Shown here piece by piece: positions 1-10,627 of a stretch of 64,000 nt of DNA (positions within the stretch are counted from its first letter, which is position 1; each line of letters begins with the position of its first letter). Origin of the DNA: an uncultured Rivularia sp. (lineage in GTDB: Bacteria > Cyanobacteriota > Cyanobacteriia > Cyanobacteriales > Nostocaceae); NCBI GenBank assembly GCA_963665115.1, contig OY762007.1, positions 7,072,001 through 7,136,000 of the forward strand. The letters are read 5' to 3'. A program made the position numbers and the translations under genes. Under the pieces are notes generated by a model. It was not told the DNA's origin. It did no database searches and was given only the letters and a program-made list of their open reading frames with translations.

Positions 1-936
1 GATTACTGGTAAGGCACGTAATTTTCTAATTCCATTTAATAAGTCTTTGGTTTCGCTCTTAAGCAACTTGCCTTTTCGCATCGTAGTAGCCAATACCAAC
101 TGCTGTCTTTGAGCTAATAATTTATCCAGCTTTTGATTTAAATCTTGAATATCCGGTGCTGGTTGCTCCATCCATTCTTGCACGGAATTATCTTCAAGGT
201 GCTTGCGTACTTTGATTGCTTGAGGAGAAGCTGCTATCGCTGCAACATTTCCAGCAATTCGCTGTTTCAAAGATAGCAAAACACTAGCACGTTCATCCGG
301 TAAACATTGATCTTGTTTATTGTAAACCAACATCAACCGCTGATTCTTAGCTTTTAACTGCTCCAAACTTTGAAATTCTGTTTCTGTCAAATCACCATTG
401 GTGAGAAACAGCACAAAATCGGATTTAACAGCTTCTTCCAAAGCAGCAGTATCCGAATTACCTTGAATAAATAAGGGTGATGTCTCTTGAAATTCTACAT
501 TGGCAAAATTTTGATTCTGCAAAACTTTAATCAAAGTGGTTTTACCCACCGATTTACCACCAGTAACTGTTAATTTAATTGATTCTCTATCTAATTCGCT
601 CTGTAAGTACGGAATTTTTTCTTGTAGTAAAGCTGCTTGTTGTATCGCTTCCTCAAAATCACCCGCTTCTTCTACTAATTTATTTATAGCGATCGCACTA
701 GTAGCAATGGTATTTTCTACCGTCGCTCTATCAATAGCCATTTCATCTAACTGCTCGCTGGCACGTTTGGGAAGATTTTGTTTAATTAACCACAAACCAC
801 CACCAACAGCAAGCAAACTTAATAAGCTAAATTCGCCAAACTGCATGACTTTATCGTGCCAACTTTCTAACATCCATAGAGAAAAGGATAAACCCACTCC
901 TCCCACTAAAATAGGACGCTTTAATTTCCAAACCAT
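1..936 (-). CDS. YcjF/DUF697-family protein with P-loop GTPase-like domain (partial; C-terminus runs off the window)
   Basis: Read manually: ATG at 936 gives MVWKLKRPILVGGVGLSFSLW..., open to base 1. It has two N-terminal hydrophobic segments, a GGKSVGKTT P-loop and a YNKQD G4-like motif. Not in the ORF track because it is truncated. Confidence 0.7.
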   Translation of the reverse strand, partial: MVWKLKRPILVGGVGLSFSLWMLESWHDKVMQFGEFSLLSLLAVGGGLWLIKQNLPKRASEQLDEMAIDRATVENTIATSAIAINKLVEEAGDFEEAIQQAALLQEKIPYLQSELDRESIKLTVTGGKSVGKTTLIKVLQNQNFANVEFQETSPLFIQGNSDTAALEEAVKSDFVLFLTNGDLTETEFQSLEQLKAKNQRLMLVYNKQDQCLPDERASVLLSLKQRIAGNVAAIAASPQAIKVRKHLEDNSVQEWMEQPAPDIQDLNQKLDKLLAQRQQLVLATTMRKGKLLKSETKDLLNGIRKLRALPVI

Positions 937-1160
937 GATTAAATTTACCCAATTATGATGGATGGTTTTTCTTCTCCAAAGTATATCAAAATCTTGCCAA
1001 TAAAGAATTACAGGGATGAACTGATGAATTAAAGTTTTTCTAATTTTCTCGTACAATGGATTATTAACTGTAGAGATAAAATTTTAAACGAGGTTTTATA
1101 TGTCTTTTCTGTAAATGTATTTAGTATATTTAGCTATTTTTAAGAAAAACTTTTAATACC

Positions 1161-1184
1161 GTAGTGCGAGCATCTTGCTCGCTA
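1161..1184 (+). repeat. GTAG-led REP-like palindrome (GCGAGCA-TCT-TGCTCGC)
   Basis: GTAG followed by a 7-bp stem; related copies at 22486, 39478 and 41540. Confidence 0.7.
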
Positions 1185-1475
1185 ATATTTTCAATTACTG
1201 GCTAATATTTCCAATTGCTCGCTAATATTTTTAATTGCTCGCTAATATTTCCAATTGCTCGCTAATATTTTTAATTGCTCGCTAATATTTCCAATTACTC
1301 GCTAATATTTCCAATTACTCGCTAATATTTCCAATTGCTCGCTAATATTTCCAATTACTCGCCAATATTTTTAATTACTGGCTAATATTTCCAATTACTC
1401 GCCAATATTTTTAATTACTCGCCAATATTTTTAATTACTGGCTAATATTTCCAATTACTCGCTAATGCTTCCAAA
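1181..1475. repeat. 20-bp tandem minisatellite, 14 full units plus a degenerate 15th
   Basis: Consensus GC(T/C)AATATTT(CC/TT)AATT(A/G)CT(C/G), head-to-tail with no spacers. Confidence 0.95.
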
Positions 1476-1510
1476 TTTTTAGCGATAAATCGCTTGCTAC
1501 AAACAAAAAC

Positions 1511-1542
1511 AAATCTCTACAATTATAAAAATCGTAGAGATT
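1511..1542 (-). terminator. Hairpin downstream of tRNA-fMet
   Basis: AATCTCTAC...GTAGAGATT stem followed by a T-rich tract on the minus strand. Confidence 0.55.
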
Positions 1543-1557
1543 CATTTATATTTAATT

Positions 1558-1634
<77 letters not shown>

Positions 1635-1676
1635 TCGTTCTTTAATTAATATAACCCAAAGTTTATTATCTGTCAA

Positions 1677-2630
1677 CTACAACATTGATAATTCTCCAAC
1701 TACTTCCAAACGCTTGTATTGAGCCAATGTCATAAACTTTTCTTCAAGGGCTTCGGCAGTGCTGGGGGTAATCCAACCGAGTTGAGTTAATAAATGAATG
1801 GCTACGGCATATTTTGCTCTTTTGGCTCCATCCATTACTTTAATGACTAAACCCATGCCTTCACCAAGCCTGCTAATACACTGCAATCCTTCGGCACCTG
1901 ATTTACTGATTAGCTCTCCTGGAGTTAACTGCATCAGTTCGGTGTCAAATTTGCCTTCACCTGCTAACATCTGCGGATGATGAGTCATAGAACGGACAAT
2001 ACGCTCCATATCCAAACTATTACCTGAAGATAAGCGAGCGTAAAGCGTGGCGATTTGACAGAGTTGCATTAAATAAGTAGGTACCCCACAATCATCATGA
2101 GCGCTGATAAATTCTGCTGCGGGCATCCGTAACAATTCCGAGACTTTGTTTAAGATCAATTGCTGTACTGGGTGCTTGCGCTCTAAATAATTAGCCAATG
2201 GCCAGTTGCATTGCTGACAAACTGCTAACATTCCCGCGTGTTTGCCAGAGCAGTTATATTCCAGGCTGCTGCGTCTGCCGGGGGGAACCGGACATTGCAA
2301 TACTTTGGGGTCTATATCGGCTCGCCATAGAATATTGAAAGCCTGCCTGACGTGTTCTATACTTCCGGCATGAGAACTACAAATAATTGCTAAATCTTTA
2401 TCGTTAAGGTTATAGCGTTCTAAAGTTCCGGTGCTAGTTACAGCCAAGGCTTGAAATGGCTTGAGCGCCGAACGAGCAAATGTAGCTGTTTCGGCGTTTC
2501 CTGCGACAGAAAGAACTCGTCCTCGTTCGTCACACAGTACAGCTTCGACTATATGCTTTGATTCAATAATTCCTTCACGCAACAATCTTACTTCTATTGC
2601 GGGTGCTTGAGTTCGTTTTGCCATTACCAA
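1677..2630 (-). CDS. Asparaginase II (Rhizobium-type/class 3) family protein
   Basis: ARSALKP and NCSGKH motifs, plus SKSGAEG. Confidence 0.85.
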   Translation of the reverse strand: MVMAKRTQAPAIEVRLLREGIIESKHIVEAVLCDERGRVLSVAGNAETATFARSALKPFQALAVTSTGTLERYNLNDKDLAIICSSHAGSIEHVRQAFNILWRADIDPKVLQCPVPPGRRSSLEYNCSGKHAGMLAVCQQCNWPLANYLERKHPVQQLILNKVSELLRMPAAEFISAHDDCGVPTYLMQLCQIATLYARLSSGNSLDMERIVRSMTHHPQMLAGEGKFDTELMQLTPGELISKSGAEGLQCISRLGEGMGLVIKVMDGAKRAKYAVAIHLLTQLGWITPSTAEALEEKFMTLAQYKRLEVVGELSML

Positions 2631-2690
2631 TCCTTAGACAATTCTTAGCCATGAGCTATTACCTATTAACTCATAACTTTTAACTAACAT

Positions 2691-3191
2691 TTATAGGAAT
2701 TGCCAAGTTGTCATACCAGCAGCGAACAAGATAACTAAACACAATGCGGTTATTTGTAACCTTTGAATAATCGGTTTAATCTCGTAGTTGACAACTAAAC
2801 GGTCCCGATCTAAAACTTGTTGGGGTTTCATCCAGTTTTGACCGTCGTACCACCCCGATTCTTCGTAAAAGATTACTGGACTTACCAGTCTACCGCGCAC
2901 GTAGGACCAACCCAAGTACAAACGCAATACAACTAGAACCACTCCTGCACTTGCTCCTGCTACTCCACATAAGACGAATTGAGCGGCATACTTATGTGGG
3001 GGGAAACTTGAGTAAGCCACAGGCCCTGCTACCAACCACGATAAACCCCATGCCCACGCTATTGTAGTTAGATAAGAGCGCATTGAAAGGCTACAATCGC
3101 GGAATAGCCAGGATTTTTTTAATTGTTCGTACTCGTTGAGCGGTTGCTGTTCGGTAGGAACGGGACAACTCGATACCTCATAATCAATCAT
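2691..3191 (-). CDS. ycf36: CGLD27/Ycf36 (DUF1230) membrane protein
   Basis: CPVPxEQQPLNEY start and the YEESGWYDGQxWxKP signature. Confidence 0.85.
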   Translation of the reverse strand: MIDYEVSSCPVPTEQQPLNEYEQLKKSWLFRDCSLSMRSYLTTIAWAWGLSWLVAGPVAYSSFPPHKYAAQFVLCGVAGASAGVVLVVLRLYLGWSYVRGRLVSPVIFYEESGWYDGQNWMKPQQVLDRDRLVVNYEIKPIIQRLQITALCLVILFAAGMTTWQFL

Positions 3192-3645
3192 GTTGGTTCA
3201 CCTTTGAGGATGCCTGAAAATCTATACGTTCGGCATGACCCCAGAATGCTTCTAAATCGTAATATTCTCTTTCCGAGGGCATCATAACGTGAACAATGAC
3301 TTCGCCGTAATCCAACAGTACCCAACTTGCTTCAACTTTGCCTTCCGTTCGCAAAGGCTTGCGATCGCACTTCTCTTCAACAACTTGTTCTATGGTGTTG
3401 GCGATCGCCCTTACCTGCACGTTGGAATAACCACTCATCATGACAAAATAATCGGCGAGGTAAGATACATCCGTAACGCGAAGCATTAACATATCGCCTG
3501 CTTTACGGTCTAGCCCTGCTTCTGCAATGGTTTCAGCTAGTTCTTTTGCGCTTAAATCGTCAGTATCAAGCTGTTGAGAATCAATTCTGCGGTTAGTAAC
3601 AGCAACAAATTCGGACTGCAAATTGTCTTGGAAATAATCAGACAT
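3184..3645 (-). CDS. rsfS: Ribosome silencing factor RsfS (Iojap)
   Basis: DRKAGD, ADYFV, QVRAIA, WVLLDYGEVIVH and REYYDLEAFW motifs. Likely start is ATG 3645. Confidence 0.9.
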   Translation of the reverse strand: MSDYFQDNLQSEFVAVTNRRIDSQQLDTDDLSAKELAETIAEAGLDRKAGDMLMLRVTDVSYLADYFVMMSGYSNVQVRAIANTIEQVVEEKCDRKPLRTEGKVEASWVLLDYGEVIVHVMMPSEREYYDLEAFWGHAERIDFQASSKVNQHD

Positions 3646-3791
3646 TAAACCTTGCTCTGATAAATGTGGGTGAGGTTTTCGGATTTTTCTGGAGTTAGCT
3701 GGCGGCAACTGCGACGGTTAATTGCAAATATTAATCAATTGGTTTCTTAAATACTAGCAAAAAACAGATATTTATCGCCTAAATAATGTCA

Positions 3792-4371
3792 TCATTCGCC
3801 ACCGTATTTCCACCTAATCAAAAATCTATTTCGGGTCGCAATTAATCGCGGATGAATTAAGCGAGGACTATCCAGCAACTTTTTCAAAGTGCGGTCGCAA
3901 GTCAAATATACCGCTTTATCAATATTCTCTTGACTAATTTGTCTTAATAGTTGTAAAGAAACTGTATTGCCTCTTCGGGGTTCTATACTATCGGCTAAAA
4001 ATACGATACAAGATAGCGGACTCATTTCGGGTCTACCTAAAGTGTGACAAGCTATGGCATTTAACACTTGTGTATCTGACACACTAAATGTATCTCTAGC
4101 TACAATAGCACTGACATCTGCGTGCAAAAGATGGGGATTTGCGGACAATATTTCGTCTAATATTAATCCCTCTTCTCGTGCCATACGCTCTCATCCGTTG
4201 GGGCTTAAAACATTTAGCCAAGTCGTGCATCAGACCAGCAGTTGCGGCTTTTTGCCGGTCTAAATTATAAACAGCAGCCAAATCGACAGCCGTTTGTTCG
4301 ACTCTGAGAATATGCTGTACCCGCTCTGCCGGAACGTTTTGTGATAAATAAGTTAATACTTGTTCGCGCAT
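3792..4371 (-). CDS. yqeK: YqeK HD-domain symmetrical Ap4A hydrolase (split by a +1 frameshift near 4185)
   Basis: RVQHILRV and GLMHDLAK lie in one frame; LLHADV, IACHTLG and FLADSIEP lie in the next. Removing one base joins them. Confidence 0.85.
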
Positions 4372-4483
4372 CCCAACATAATTGCTGGTTAAAGAATAAT
4401 TACAGTTAAAACAGTAATAATATTATTGTAACGAACTTTTCATTTTAGGCTTTTTCAAAAAATTACAAAGTTTTACAAAAAAT

Positions 4484-4510
4484 TAACCCCAGTTGTCAAA
4501 ACTGGGGTTA
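4484..4510. terminator. Hairpin downstream of the glycosyltransferase
   Basis: TAACCCCAGTT-GTCAA-AACTGGGGTTA inverted repeat with an adjacent A/T tract. Confidence 0.6.
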
Positions 4511-4583
4511 GGGAATTATTAGAAGGCGGATATGAATTATAGAATCTTCTCTTCAGCCCCTTGTATGATTCAAAAAAAGTAAA

Positions 4584-5856
4584 TTAGACTTCCTGCTTCG
4601 ACACAACCCTAGTGTCAATTGTCGATCTGTTATCTTTCACAGATTCAAACAAAGACTCATAATTATTCAAAGCTTGCTCGAAAGCATATTGCTCAACAGC
4701 ATATTTACGACTGTTATACCCTAAAGTTTTAACTTTTTCTGGATGCTCGTACAAATCCAAAACAGCATCAGCCAAATCTAAAGGTTCTTCTGGGGGAACG
4801 AGTTTTCCACCACCACTTTGTCGAATAGCTCTTGCAGCAGTTCCGCTATCGGGAACGGATGCGATTATGGCACTACCGCTGGCAAGCAAGACTTGAATTT
4901 TTGATGGCATATTAAAGGAAATCACATTTTTTTTCTGTACCACCAATCCAACATCAGCAGCAGACAGCATTTCTGGTAAACGTTTCTCGTGGTTGGAAAG
5001 GTAAGAGCAATACATTATCTGCACCGCATTGATTGCATTCTTCCTGAAGTCGCTGCAATCCAGAAGCTTCCCCAACGATTACAAAAGCTATATCTTGAAT
5101 ATCGCGTAATTTTGCAGCAGCTTTAACAACAGTTTCTAAACCTTGAGTCAGAGCAATATTACCCGAATATAAAACTACAAACTTATTTTCTAAATTATGT
5201 TCGGCGCGAAAAGCATTATTTTCTTTTGGCATCGGACGAATAAAATTCACATCTACCCAGTTAGGAATTTGCACTATTTTATCCGGTGCTACATTCTTAG
5301 ATACCAAATTATCTACAAATCCATCAGCGATAACGCTAATTTTATCGGCAGAGCGATAAGCAAATTTTTCTAAAATTGAAAATATCCGAATTAAAGATTT
5401 GTTTTTAAGCAAACCAACATGAACCGCAGCTTCTGGTAGTATATCTTGTAGATTTAAAATAACCGGACATCTATGCAGCCATCCTAAAAGGGTAGTTGGG
5501 AGACAAACTGGTAAAGATGGTGATGTAGAAAGAATTACATCGGGTCGCCAGCCGAACAGAGCAGGCATGAAGCTAGTAAACACAAAGCTAGCATCCAACA
5601 TTACCCTATCTAGCAGATTAGGCTGGGGACGAATCCAAACATAGCTTCTTTGAATTTTTACGCCATTTTTATACTCAGTTAGATAAAACTTGCCTCGGTA
5701 GTCTTGATAGATTTTACGCTCCGGATAGTTAGGCATAGCGGTAACGACACGTACTTGGTGTCCCCGTTTAACCAAACCCTCTGCCAATTCAGTCATCAAG
5801 GGAGCAATACCGATTGGTTCTGGATGGTAGTTGTATGAGTAAATTAAAATTCGCAT
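4584..5856 (-). CDS. GT4 glycosyltransferase, WcaI-like (split by a +1 frameshift at 4983-4985)
   Basis: MRILIYSYNYHPEPIGI, VLYSGNIALTQGLE and NMPSKIQVLLASG. Removing one A restores PFQPRERLPEM. Confidence 0.85.
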
Positions 5857-6550
5857 AGTAAAAAATCTAAGAACCCACTAATAGTTCTTTTGAAAACAAC
5901 ATTTATTTCTAAATTCGTTCCGCACTAAAAAATGCGCTTGTATTTTATTTTCCTTGTAATATCTTTTAACGTCAGTCCATTTTCGTTAAAGATTGAGTAA
6001 AATTTAATGCAGTATGAGGAGAATTACTGTAAAGGCAAAGTCATTTATTAACTAACATTTCAATTTACGTTCTCGTATCAATACTTAAGTGGAAGCATGA
6101 AATAAAGCAATAAAGATTGATGCTTAGATATTGTTTTGTTTTGTCAACAGTGCGATCGCAGAGTCTGTTAGAATTACAAGCAAAAAAACTAGCAAATTCC
6201 TTATATAGCCCAAGCGTATACAAAAAATATTGTTTGGTTAGAGCTTTTACTCTTAATCTATAAGTATATTAGCGAACATTACTTACTGCAAATCTACCCC
6301 TAGTGGAGATGGAGATTTCAAAATTATATTCTTAGTTTGAAGTGGATTAATTTATCAAAAATCACGAAAAAGACCGCTAAAAACGGTCATAGTTATACTT
6401 GTTATTCTAATTAGATAGTTGTACAAGAGGGAATAGTGAACAGAAGAATGTCCGAACCAGAAAACGTAGTGCTATAAAGTTCAAAATCTTAGACAGAATA
6501 TTTCTAATTCCCAATTCCCAATTCCCAATATTTAACAGTACAAAAACTGA

Positions 6551-6592
6551 AAGAGGAGGTATGAATGGAAAATCACCTTCATACCTCCTCTT
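6551..6592. terminator. Perfect 15-bp-stem hairpin downstream of the STAS-sugar transferase gene
   Basis: AAGAGGAGGTATGAA...TTCATACCTCCTCTT. Confidence 0.65.
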
Positions 6593-6640
6593 AATAAGAA
6601 TTTTGCTAATTAATTACTTTAAATTGAGTAAAGTTGTTAA

Positions 6641-7666
6641 TTACATCGCGCCGCTGCTCTTGTTGAATAAAATCGCAACGGTTTTAAAAATAAGCTTTAA
6701 ATCATACATTAGACTCCAGTTTTTTTGATACTGTAAATCTAAACGAATTACATCTTCAAAATTGCGAATACTAGAACGTCCGTTTACTTGCCATTCCCCA
6801 GTCATACCCGGTTTAACATCCAGACGTTCCCATTCAGGTACTTCATAGCATTCGACTTCATCGGGTGTCGGTGGTCTAGTGCCGACTAAACTCATTTCTC
6901 CTTTAAGAACATTCCAAAATTGTGGTAGTTCATCTAAACTAGTACGTCTTAGGAATCTACCCACATTTGTTACTCTAGGATCTTTGTCTATTTTGAAAAA
7001 TGCACCTTGAACTTGATTAAGCTTTTGCAGTTCCGCTTTTTTGGCTTCTGCGTCTACACACATCGAGCGGAATTTCCACATCTTAAAACGCTTACCCATC
7101 CAACCACAACGAATTTGACCAAAGAAAATAGGACCTGGATCGTCAATCGTGATGGCAATAACAATCGGAATAGATAATATTCCTGTAATTACCAAACCGA
7201 CTAAGGCACCTACAATATCAATAAATCGTTTCGTCCAAGAACGTACAGAAGGATGAGTTTCGGGCAGTTGCTCTTCCCGTTTTGTTGAATTTTGCTCGCT
7301 CTTAAGTTCTCCTTGTTCAATTGTAAAGACATCAACCAAACCTGTAAGATTCAGTACCGCCATCACTTGAGGAGTAACATTTTGCAATACTAATTCAATC
7401 GCTTTCTCTTGAGCATTCTTGAAATTACTAACTAAAGCACCCAAACCACTACTATCCATAAAAGTAGTTTGTCCAAAATCAATAATAATTTTTTTAGGAG
7501 TTGGATTTACATTAATCAGTTCTTCACAAGTTTGCTTAAAATCTAGAGCTTCTAGCACGCTTAAACGAGCGCTTACCTCTACTCTAAGCGTCTCCTCTGA
7601 TAATTTAACCGGAAAATTTACTTCTATAGGTTCGTTACCCATGAAACCTTGAACTTTAGTTGTCAT
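6641..7666 (-). CDS. STAS (anti-sigma antagonist) domain fused to a priming sugar transferase (WcaJ/Bac_transf)
   Basis: N-terminal FMDSSGLG STAS motif. C-terminal KRFIDIVG, KFRSM, DPRVT, SLDELPQ, GEMSLVGTRP and KPGMTGEWQV. Confidence 0.9.
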   Translation of the reverse strand: MTTKVQGFMGNEPIEVNFPVKLSEETLRVEVSARLSVLEALDFKQTCEELINVNPTPKKIIIDFGQTTFMDSSGLGALVSNFKNAQEKAIELVLQNVTPQVMAVLNLTGLVDVFTIEQGELKSEQNSTKREEQLPETHPSVRSWTKRFIDIVGALVGLVITGILSIPIVIAITIDDPGPIFFGQIRCGWMGKRFKMWKFRSMCVDAEAKKAELQKLNQVQGAFFKIDKDPRVTNVGRFLRRTSLDELPQFWNVLKGEMSLVGTRPPTPDEVECYEVPEWERLDVKPGMTGEWQVNGRSSIRNFEDVIRLDLQYQKNWSLMYDLKLIFKTVAILFNKSSGAM

Positions 7667-8001
7667 ATTAATGTTTTACTACTTGCATTACGCGGGTTCT
7701 AGAAACCGTTTGAAACAAATGCCTATTTATTAGCTGATAAGAAATAATTAGCTGAAAATTTAGATTGAAATCGAATATTATCCATGACGGTTCACAATAG
7801 AACAAGGATTCAACCGTCTTTCGGTAAGTGTCATTCGTTCGATAGAGTCCGAAACATAGATTTTGTCTTGCCACGAGCCGTAATCGAAAATCATGCTCCT
7901 ACATGAGGATAAACCAAAAATCCGACCTGATAATTGAAATTTGTGTAAAAAACTTCCATTATTCTATTGTCAAGCGCCTATATACCAAGGCAATTCATCC
8001 A

Positions 8002-8799
8002 ATGACTACCAAAACTGCTGTTAACGAGAACGCCAGCCTGATAGAAGTCTTCTCAGCAATTCAAGGAGAAGGACTAAATATAGGAACCCGTCAAATTTTT
8101 ATTCGTTTTGCCTTTTGTGACTTGCGCTGTCACTTTTGCGATAGCGCTCATACTTGGAATGCACCCGCCACTTGTAGAATTGAACAAACCCCTGGGAATC
8201 GCGATTTTGAAATTTGCTCAAATCCTGTTTCATTACCCATGTTAACCGAATGGGTTGAGCGGCAAAATATACCTCGCTTACACGATAGCATTAGCTTAAC
8301 TGGAGGCGAACCTCTACTCCATGCCAGGTTTTTATCAAAATTCCTACCACAAATCAGTTTAACCACTGGTTTACCTATATACCTAGAATCTGGGGGACAT
8401 CGCCCGGAACAACTCGCTATGATTCTACCTTACTTGGACTCTGTAGGAATGGATCTCAAGCTACCTAGTGTTAGTGGTGAAAGTCGTTGGGAAGAACACG
8501 AAACTTTTCTCCAAATATGTTATGAAGCTCGTATTGAAGTATTCGTTAAAATCATTATTTCCTTTGTTACAGACTCTGCCGAACTAAAACGTTCTGCTCA
8601 GTTAATAACAGCGGTAAATCCAACAATACCAGTCTTTTTACAGCCTGTAACGGCATTAAGCCCGACCGAACAATTTGCCGATCTACCCGTGCTTGCTCCA
8701 ACTCCCAAACAAGTTATTGATTGGCAGGCTTTGATGAAAAAATACCTTAAGTCAGTCCGCGTAGTACCCCAAACTCACAAGATGATTAGTCAGCTTTGA
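8002..8799 (+). CDS. queE: 7-carboxy-7-deazaguanine synthase QueE (radical SAM)
   Basis: EVFSAIQGEG, CDLRCHFCD, LTGGEP and the PQTHK end. Likely start is ATG 8002. Confidence 0.9.
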   Translation: MTTKTAVNENASLIEVFSAIQGEGLNIGTRQIFIRFAFCDLRCHFCDSAHTWNAPATCRIEQTPGNRDFEICSNPVSLPMLTEWVERQNIPRLHDSISLTGGEPLLHARFLSKFLPQISLTTGLPIYLESGGHRPEQLAMILPYLDSVGMDLKLPSVSGESRWEEHETFLQICYEARIEVFVKIIISFVTDSAELKRSAQLITAVNPTIPVFLQPVTALSPTEQFADLPVLAPTPKQVIDWQALMKKYLKSVRVVPQTHKMISQL

Positions 8800-9344
8800 A
8801 TCATACTCATAATTCAGCGTGAATATACGTAGATGCAATCTGATAAACCTTTATTTCAAGCAAGCTTGGAGTTACTATAGCGCAACTAACAAAGTTTACA
8901 ATGTTTCCGTATTTATGTTTTAAAAGCTATTTTATGAAGATATTGCCAAGAAAAAAATAAGTTTCTGTAAACCATTATTATCGAAGCAGTTTTATTCAAA
9001 AAAACTATCGGAATGTGCTTCAAATTACTAAGAATAAAATCTCAAACGCTCAGCACACAAAAAATAAAGCCTAAATGCTTTGGTTGAAGTTTTTAAGCAA
9101 AACCTGATGAAAACCTTGGTAAAATCAAAATCGAGATGAATAACAATATTCCCAATATAGAAAGTAACTAGCTATACATTTGAAGAAAAAATATAATGGT
9201 CTTTCTTAAGTAACATTTCTGCTAATATTTCCGCGTTGGCTTAATATTATTCACGAACGATAAAATGATAATTTTGATTTTTTAAACCTTTAAAAAGCTA
9301 ATTCGGTAGGGCGGGGCGGGAATCCCCATCCCTACTTAGAAATA

Positions 9345-10004
9345 TCAATATCCGCCTTCATCCATATTTCGAGATTTAGATTTGGCTTTATTAGCACTGC
9401 GCTTGAGTGCAGAAAGTCGGGCTTCATATTTCGATCTTTGGCGCTTACTAGGAGATTTTTCAATTAAGGTTTTTAAAGCGCTACCTAAACTCTTATAAGC
9501 ATTGGGCAAACTATAACCAAAGCGAGTTGCTAAAGCAATGGCTTTTTCATCAGCTTCAATTAATTCCCGAGCTACCTTTTCGCCACTATTCTTTTGGAAC
9601 AATCGCCAGCCAGAAACGCCACACAAGGCTAATGCAAGCACTAATAGCAATCCATCTTGTACCCATAGTTCACCTACAGCGCCGCCTAAACCTATTGCCA
9701 AGGCTGCCATTTCCCAACCATCTTTAGGGATAGTATCGTTTTGAATCCGAGCGACTTCGTGCCAAAATAACAGGTTTCGCTGATCCATTGCCAACTCATC
9801 CCATTTTGCCAAGTCAATCTGAATCTCTACCTGATCTTTACCAATTTCTTCGCTACGAACCAGGAGTGGATTAACCTCGGTAGTGCCTTCAACCGTAACC
9901 CAGCTTTGTAATTCTGGAGGTAATAAGCCTTTTAATCGCCGGAGTTCGCTCATTTCCGCTTTCGCCGAAGAGGTTGCGTAAGATGTCATAAAACCACTTA
10001 CCAA
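9345..10004 (-). CDS. DUF3318 family membrane protein
   Basis: Conserved cyanobacterial type: ELRRLKGLLPPELQSW, LLFWHEVARIQ and two hydrophobic helices. Confidence 0.75.
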   Translation of the reverse strand: MVSGFMTSYATSSAKAEMSELRRLKGLLPPELQSWVTVEGTTEVNPLLVRSEEIGKDQVEIQIDLAKWDELAMDQRNLLFWHEVARIQNDTIPKDGWEMAALAIGLGGAVGELWVQDGLLLVLALALCGVSGWRLFQKNSGEKVARELIEADEKAIALATRFGYSLPNAYKSLGSALKTLIEKSPSKRQRSKYEARLSALKRSANKAKSKSRNMDEGGY

Positions 10005-10069
10005 AAAAACTAAATTATATTGTGATGTTGCCTTACAAGGAGTATAGCTATATGATAGACAATTCGATT

Positions 10070-10627
10070 TTATTCACTAGGAAATCTTCCGCGTTTTTTC
10101 CTTGCTTCCATTGCCTTTTCAAGAAGATCCAACAATCCAGGAGCCTGTTCTTGAATGCTCAGTAGCAGTCTTTCACCTACTTCTACATTACCTGGGTCGT
10201 GACCAGTTTCCATCACTTCCTGAAGACGAGGTATTGCTACACTGTCAACTAGTTGAACTAACCCACTCAAGCAACGATTAAATTGTTTCTCGGTAAGCGT
10301 CGAATCTTCGATCGGAAACTCAATAATAGCTCGGATTTCGCCATCAGACGGGTCATATTCCCATTGCAGCATCTTGGTTTCCCAAGAAATAACTAACATT
10401 GTTTGTAAAATTGCGGCCTTATGCGGATGATCCTTTACGCCACTCAGCACTTGAGGCGCAAAGACGCGGAAAAACTTTCCATCCTCATCTAACTGAATTA
10501 CAATCAGAAAATCTTCAACGCGATCGCCTTCCACACCCGTAACAATACGGTCTTCCTCTTCATCAATACGATAGTCCCAACCAATTTGGTCTAGATATCC
10601 GCCAATTTCTTGCACGCTTACTGCCAT
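10070..10627 (-). CDS. YbjN/type-III-chaperone-like domain protein
   Basis: IQLDEDGKFFRVF, ISWETKMLQWEYDPSDGEIRA and LTEKQFNRCL pattern. Confidence 0.65.
   Translation of the reverse strand: MAVSVQEIGGYLDQIGWDYRIDEEEDRIVTGVEGDRVEDFLIVIQLDEDGKFFRVFAPQVLSGVKDHPHKAAILQTMLVISWETKMLQWEYDPSDGEIRAIIEFPIEDSTLTEKQFNRCLSGLVQLVDSVAIPRLQEVMETGHDPGNVEVGERLLLSIQEQAPGLLDLLEKAMEARKKRGRFPSE

Noticed and set aside
536..958. 140-aa plus-strand ORF
   Set aside because: Antisense shadow of the minus-strand YcjF/DUF697 gene. The same applies to the many short ORFs antisense to clpB, chlL, panC-cmk, the kinases, GH65 and the porin.
1181..1475. Possible CRISPR or other guide array
   Set aside because: Units are contiguous near-identical 20-mers with no unique spacers, and no cas or effector gene is nearby.
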